Positions 16,425 through 20,000 of a stretch of 20,000 bases of DNA are shown piece by piece. Under the pieces are notes generated by a model. The model worked only from the letters and a program-made list of their open reading frames with translations, ran no database searches and had not been told where the DNA came from. How positions within the stretch are numbered: position 1 is the first letter of the stretch; every line of letters begins with the position of its first letter. The position numbers and the translations under genes are program-made. The DNA is from an uncultured Rhodopirellula sp. (GTDB lineage Bacteria > Planctomycetota > Planctomycetia > Pirellulales > Pirellulaceae), in NCBI GenBank assembly GCA_964007735.1, contig CAXGAI010000001.1:45798-65797 (forward strand), read 5' to 3'.

Positions 16425-17483
16425 TTACTGATTCCGAATCAGGTCATCAATCCCCAGTCGTTGCATCATCAGGGTGATATACCTTGAACTGACATAAAAA
16501 CCCTCGTTGTCTTCATGGTCTGCAGCATTGCAAATTCCAATTAGTTGGCCGTCTTGATTGACTAAGCCACCGCCACTGCGCCCGCCAACAGGAGCGCCGT
16601 GAATTTGAATGTTATCCGGCCCTTCATAACGGTTAATCGATTTGATGACTGTTCGCTCGAGCGATGGCCTTGCTCCACCATTACTACCCGAAGAGATGAC
16701 GCGCTGCTCTTTAGCAGTCATTCCGGGAACAGCAATCTTGACCGGAGTAATCCCGCCATCAAAAGGAATGGTTACCAGAGCCACATCGTATTCGTTGGCA
16801 TCATAGATAAGAACTTGTCCCTTAACCTGTTTCATACCACCTGGATAAAACACATCAACACGGACAGTCATTTTATCTTTTCCATCGCGGAACAAATGTC
16901 CGCAAGTGGCAATCAGAGCCCGACCTGGTTGCGAATGAATGATAGTTCCACTGCCATATGAGATCCCGGAGGCATCGTTTAATTTGATTCGAACAGTGGC
17001 ACGCAGAAGTTGGCGTCCAACGGAAGGAGATAGCATTTGGGTGAGGGGTTGTATTCGCGCCCGGTTGACAGTCATCCAGCGGGAATGGGATGCTTTTTCG
17101 AAGGGGCCATCGACGATGGGGGTTCGGGAAATAGTAGATACTGAATGGCTCACCTTTGGTTTCTCTTTGGAGGCCTTTATTGAGTCAATAAAGGTGTGTA
17201 GCTTTTGCTCTGTTAGGTAGCCAATTCGTCGATCTTCAATCCGGCCCTTTCGTAGGATCACGGTGGTTGGGAGCTCTTTGACACCATAACGTTTTACGAG
17301 CGACTCATTTTTTGTGACATCCACAATTCGAATGTCATAGCCGTCCTGCTTTAGTGATGCGATACCAGGTTTCATTTGCTGGCAAGCCGAACACCACGGC
17401 GCAGTAAAGTGAACGACAATTGGCGAATCAGCTTTGGAATCCGGGGCGAACAATAGCCCTAGCAGTATGACGTAAAATGACAC
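16425..17483 (-). CDS. Secreted thioredoxin-domain / trypsin-like serine peptidase fusion
   Basis: Signal-like N-terminus. FTAPWCSAC and GVKELPT (thioredoxin fold). Protease motifs GSGTII, ATCGH (His), YDVAL (Asp), GGRSGGGL (Ser). Confidence 0.87.
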   Translation of the reverse strand: MSFYVILLGLLFAPDSKADSPIVVHFTAPWCSACQQMKPGIASLKQDGYDIRIVDVTKNESLVKRYGVKELPTTVILRKGRIEDRRIGYLTEQKLHTFIDSIKASKEKPKVSHSVSTISRTPIVDGPFEKASHSRWMTVNRARIQPLTQMLSPSVGRQLLRATVRIKLNDASGISYGSGTIIHSQPGRALIATCGHLFRDGKDKMTVRVDVFYPGGMKQVKGQVLIYDANEYDVALVTIPFDGGITPVKIAVPGMTAKEQRVISSGSNGGARPSLERTVIKSINRYEGPDNIQIHGAPVGGRSGGGLVNQDGQLIGICNAADHEDNEGFYVSSRYITLMMQRLGIDDLIRNQ

Positions 17484-17596
17484 AGGCGGATGACACCTAC
17501 AGTAACGGTAGCGAGAAATAAGCGTGACGAGCGGATGGGTAATTTGATGGACATTGCCGTTTTAGGCAAGCCCAGTTGCCACTACGGTCGCCGGGG

Positions 17597-19633
17597 TTAA
17601 CCCAGGAGTTTTCCATCGAGCTGTGATTCAATGGCTGCGACGATCTCACTTCGCACACCGTCGGCCTGTTCGTTGGTCATGGTTTGATCACTTCGGCGAA
17701 GCTTTACCGTGAACAGCACTCGTTTTACGTCGGCCCCATCTCGTTCAGGATCGCGATAGGTTTCCTGATAGGTGATATCTTCAAGTTGTTCGGCATCGAC
17801 GGCACTCCGTACACTAGCCTCCAAAGCGTCCCAACGGACGGATTCGGAGAGCACAATATTCAGGTCTCTCGTTATCGCAGGGAAGTTGCTTAGTTGAGAA
17901 TGCTGAGGGATTAGAGTTGAGTGTTGTACCAATAAATCCATTCGGATTTCGGCAATGCTAGCTGGACTGCGTAATGAGAAGGCCTTAAGTCCGGCTTCAT
18001 TTACTTCACCAAGGAAACCGAAGTGCTCACCGTTTAAAGTTAGTGAAGCACAATAGTCAGCATGTAGTAAATCTTGTGCTGTTGTTTCGACATCTAACGG
18101 ACGGTCAATTTTTAGTGAACGTAAAGCCGTTTCGATGACGCCTTTCAGGTGCTGGAATCCGTGTCCGCTGGTGATCCCCAATGTCCATTGTTCCTGCGGC
18201 AAACCGCTATCTGTCGGCAGATAGATCTTGGCCGTTTCAAACAGTTCAACACTTGGGTTCGCAAGGGATTGGTTGATACGGCGTACTTCCAGAAGGCTAG
18301 GCACAAGACTTGTTCGCAGCGCGTCAGCACCTTTCAGCATGGGTGAAAGCGTCCGCAGAGGTGTTTTATCGGACCAGGGACTGTATGTTTGTGTCCAGGA
18401 GGCCGGGACGACACTTGCCGTTAGTGATTCGTCAAATCCCATGGCTGTCATGGTCGTACGTAGCTTCGAGGTGACTCGATCCCAGTCACTTTTGAAGGAA
18501 GCAGCCATCGGGACACCGACGTCTTCCGGAATCTTTTCGTAACCATGGATACGGGCAATTTCTTCTAGTAAATCGGCTTCTCGCGTTAAATCTCTGCGCC
18601 ACGTTGGCGGTGTCACAGTCAGTGAAATGTCGTCGCTTTGGGTCTCTGTGTTTCCTAGCGTCAGCAGAATACGTTTTACTTCATCCGCATCAATAGAGAT
18701 GCCAAGGATTCGTTCAACCTGGGATAATCGCATAACCACCGGCGCGGGTTGCCATGTAGCACCGCCGGCATCGATAAATCCATTGTCCAGCGTTCCACCA
18801 CAGTGCTCTAAAATCAGTTCACAGGCGCGATTAGTAGCCCATTCGACTCCCTGCGGATCCAGTGCGCGTTCGAACCGGTAGGACGAGGGACTATGTAGGT
18901 TGAGAGCACGTGAGGTGGTACGAGTGGCTATCGATGAGAAAGCAGCAGATTCAATCAGGATGTCCACGGTGCCATCGCTGACTTCACTGTCTGCACCGCC
19001 CATGATACCTGCAATAGCGACAGGGCGATTGGCATCAGCAATAACACACATACCCGGTGTTAGTTTGTATGTGTGGTGATCGATGGCTTCAAATTCTTCA
19101 CCTTCTGTGGCCTCTCGGACAATGATTTGTTCACCCTGCAATTTTCCCAGATCGAAGGCGTGAAGAGGCTGCCCACATTCCATCAGCACGTAGTTGGTGA
19201 TGTCCACTACATTATTAACGGGGCTCCAATCTTTGTTAACTGGCGCAAACACGGTACGCAGTTGGTCCTGCATCCATTGCGGGCTTGCACCGATCTTTAC
19301 TCCTCGTATTATGCGCGCTGTATAACGAGAGCAAAGCTCAGGAGCTTCAATCTTGATACTGAAGCCCGTATCAACGTCGGGGCCGGTCGCTTGAGGGTTG
19401 GGAGTCGGAATCGAAAGCGGGAGGTCGTAGAGCACGGCGATTTCACGTGCAACGCCAATGTGGCCAAGGCAATCAGGGCGGTTGCTCGTCACTTCTAAGT
19501 CGATAGCAAGATCGTCAAACACAGTTTCTGTGCCTTCATGATTCAGGCCTGACATGGCAAGCCGATTTTCCAGCTCTTCACGATCCATGTCGAGTGTGAC
19601 GTATTGTTTAAGCCAATTCCAGGAAACAAGCAT
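17597..19633 (-). CDS. pheT: Phenylalanine--tRNA ligase beta subunit (short form)
   Basis: SWNWLKQYV, EVTSNRPDCLGHIGVARE, NNVVDITNYVLMECGQPLHAFD, AIAGIMGG, SSYRFER, PTWRRDL, DLLEEIARIHGY, LRTSL, FPAITRDL. Directly downstream of pheS. Confidence 0.97.
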   Translation of the reverse strand: MLVSWNWLKQYVTLDMDREELENRLAMSGLNHEGTETVFDDLAIDLEVTSNRPDCLGHIGVAREIAVLYDLPLSIPTPNPQATGPDVDTGFSIKIEAPELCSRYTARIIRGVKIGASPQWMQDQLRTVFAPVNKDWSPVNNVVDITNYVLMECGQPLHAFDLGKLQGEQIIVREATEGEEFEAIDHHTYKLTPGMCVIADANRPVAIAGIMGGADSEVSDGTVDILIESAAFSSIATRTTSRALNLHSPSSYRFERALDPQGVEWATNRACELILEHCGGTLDNGFIDAGGATWQPAPVVMRLSQVERILGISIDADEVKRILLTLGNTETQSDDISLTVTPPTWRRDLTREADLLEEIARIHGYEKIPEDVGVPMAASFKSDWDRVTSKLRTTMTAMGFDESLTASVVPASWTQTYSPWSDKTPLRTLSPMLKGADALRTSLVPSLLEVRRINQSLANPSVELFETAKIYLPTDSGLPQEQWTLGITSGHGFQHLKGVIETALRSLKIDRPLDVETTAQDLLHADYCASLTLNGEHFGFLGEVNEAGLKAFSLRSPASIAEIRMDLLVQHSTLIPQHSQLSNFPAITRDLNIVLSESVRWDALEASVRSAVDAEQLEDITYQETYRDPERDGADVKRVLFTVKLRRSDQTMTNEQADGVRSEIVAAIESQLDGKLLG

Positions 19634-19675
19634 GATACTAATTCGGTTTATTGAAACGATTTAAAAGGGAAAAGA

Positions 19676-20000
19676 CTAAAACTGAGCGAGGAAACGGACA
19701 TCGTTTTTGTAGAATTCGCGAATGTCCGTTATTCCGTGGCGACGCATGCAGAGGCGTTCTACGCCAAGGCCAAATGCAAAACCAGTAACTTCTTCCGGGT
19801 CATACCCAACGGCCTTGAGTACATTCGGATCTACCATTCCTGCCCCACCAAATTCAATCCACTGCCCATTCCAGTAGTAGTCAGCTTCAACACTTGGCTC
19901 AGTAAACGGGAAGAATGAAGGTCGAAATCTAATTGTCACGTCATCTCCCAAATAACTGGTGGCGAACAAGCGAAGGACGCTCTTTAAGTCAGCCATTGTT
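19676..20000 (-). CDS. pheS: Phenylalanine--tRNA ligase alpha subunit, 3' part (truncated by window edge)
   Basis: [45 protein letters not shown]. Confidence 0.97.
   Translation of the reverse strand, partial: TMADLKSVLRLFATSYLGDDVTIRFRPSFFPFTEPSVEADYYWNGQWIEFGGAGMVDPNVLKAVGYDPEEVTGFAFGLGVERLCMRRHGITDIREFYKNDVRFLAQF

Noticed and set aside
1..20000. CRISPR array, tRNA/rRNA, IS/integrase, toxin-antitoxin or anti-phage genes
   Set aside because: No regular repeat-spacer pattern, RNA gene signature or relevant protein motif was seen; nearly all sequence is explained by identified CDSs.

Overview
A gene-dense, mostly housekeeping window, very probably from a Planctomycetota genome. The assignment is inferred from the DUF1553/DUF1501 gene pair, a thioredoxin-trypsin fusion and a short PheT. 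Left to right: (+) a 5'-truncated DUF1553 (PSD1) protein, a Tat-type DUF1501 protein and an SGNH hydrolase; (-) a run of SirB/CbiX chelatase, NMT1/THI5-like substrate-binding lipoprotein, floA, an FGE-fold protein and a GH5+CBM glycoside hydrolase; (+) the divergently transcribed ABC ATPase and permease, then mscS; (-) hisI, a Rid-family gene and metG; (+) an XRE-type HTH protein; (-) pheS (partial), pheT and the thioredoxin-trypsin fusion. I see no RNA gene, CRISPR array, mobile element, reverse transcriptase or defence system, and I cannot claim a clearly new system. The best leads are: (1) a split, divergent NitT/TauT-type ABC transporter whose binding protein overlaps a plant-SirB-like chelatase, with an operator-like palindrome cluster between the halves; (2) a tightly packed floA - non-catalytic FGE-fold - divergent GH5 unit lacking nfeD; (3) an uncharacterised domain inserted in the DUF1553 protein; (4) an ECF-type promoter overlapped by an inverted repeat upstream of the HTH gene. 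All family calls come from motif recognition by eye, not database searches.
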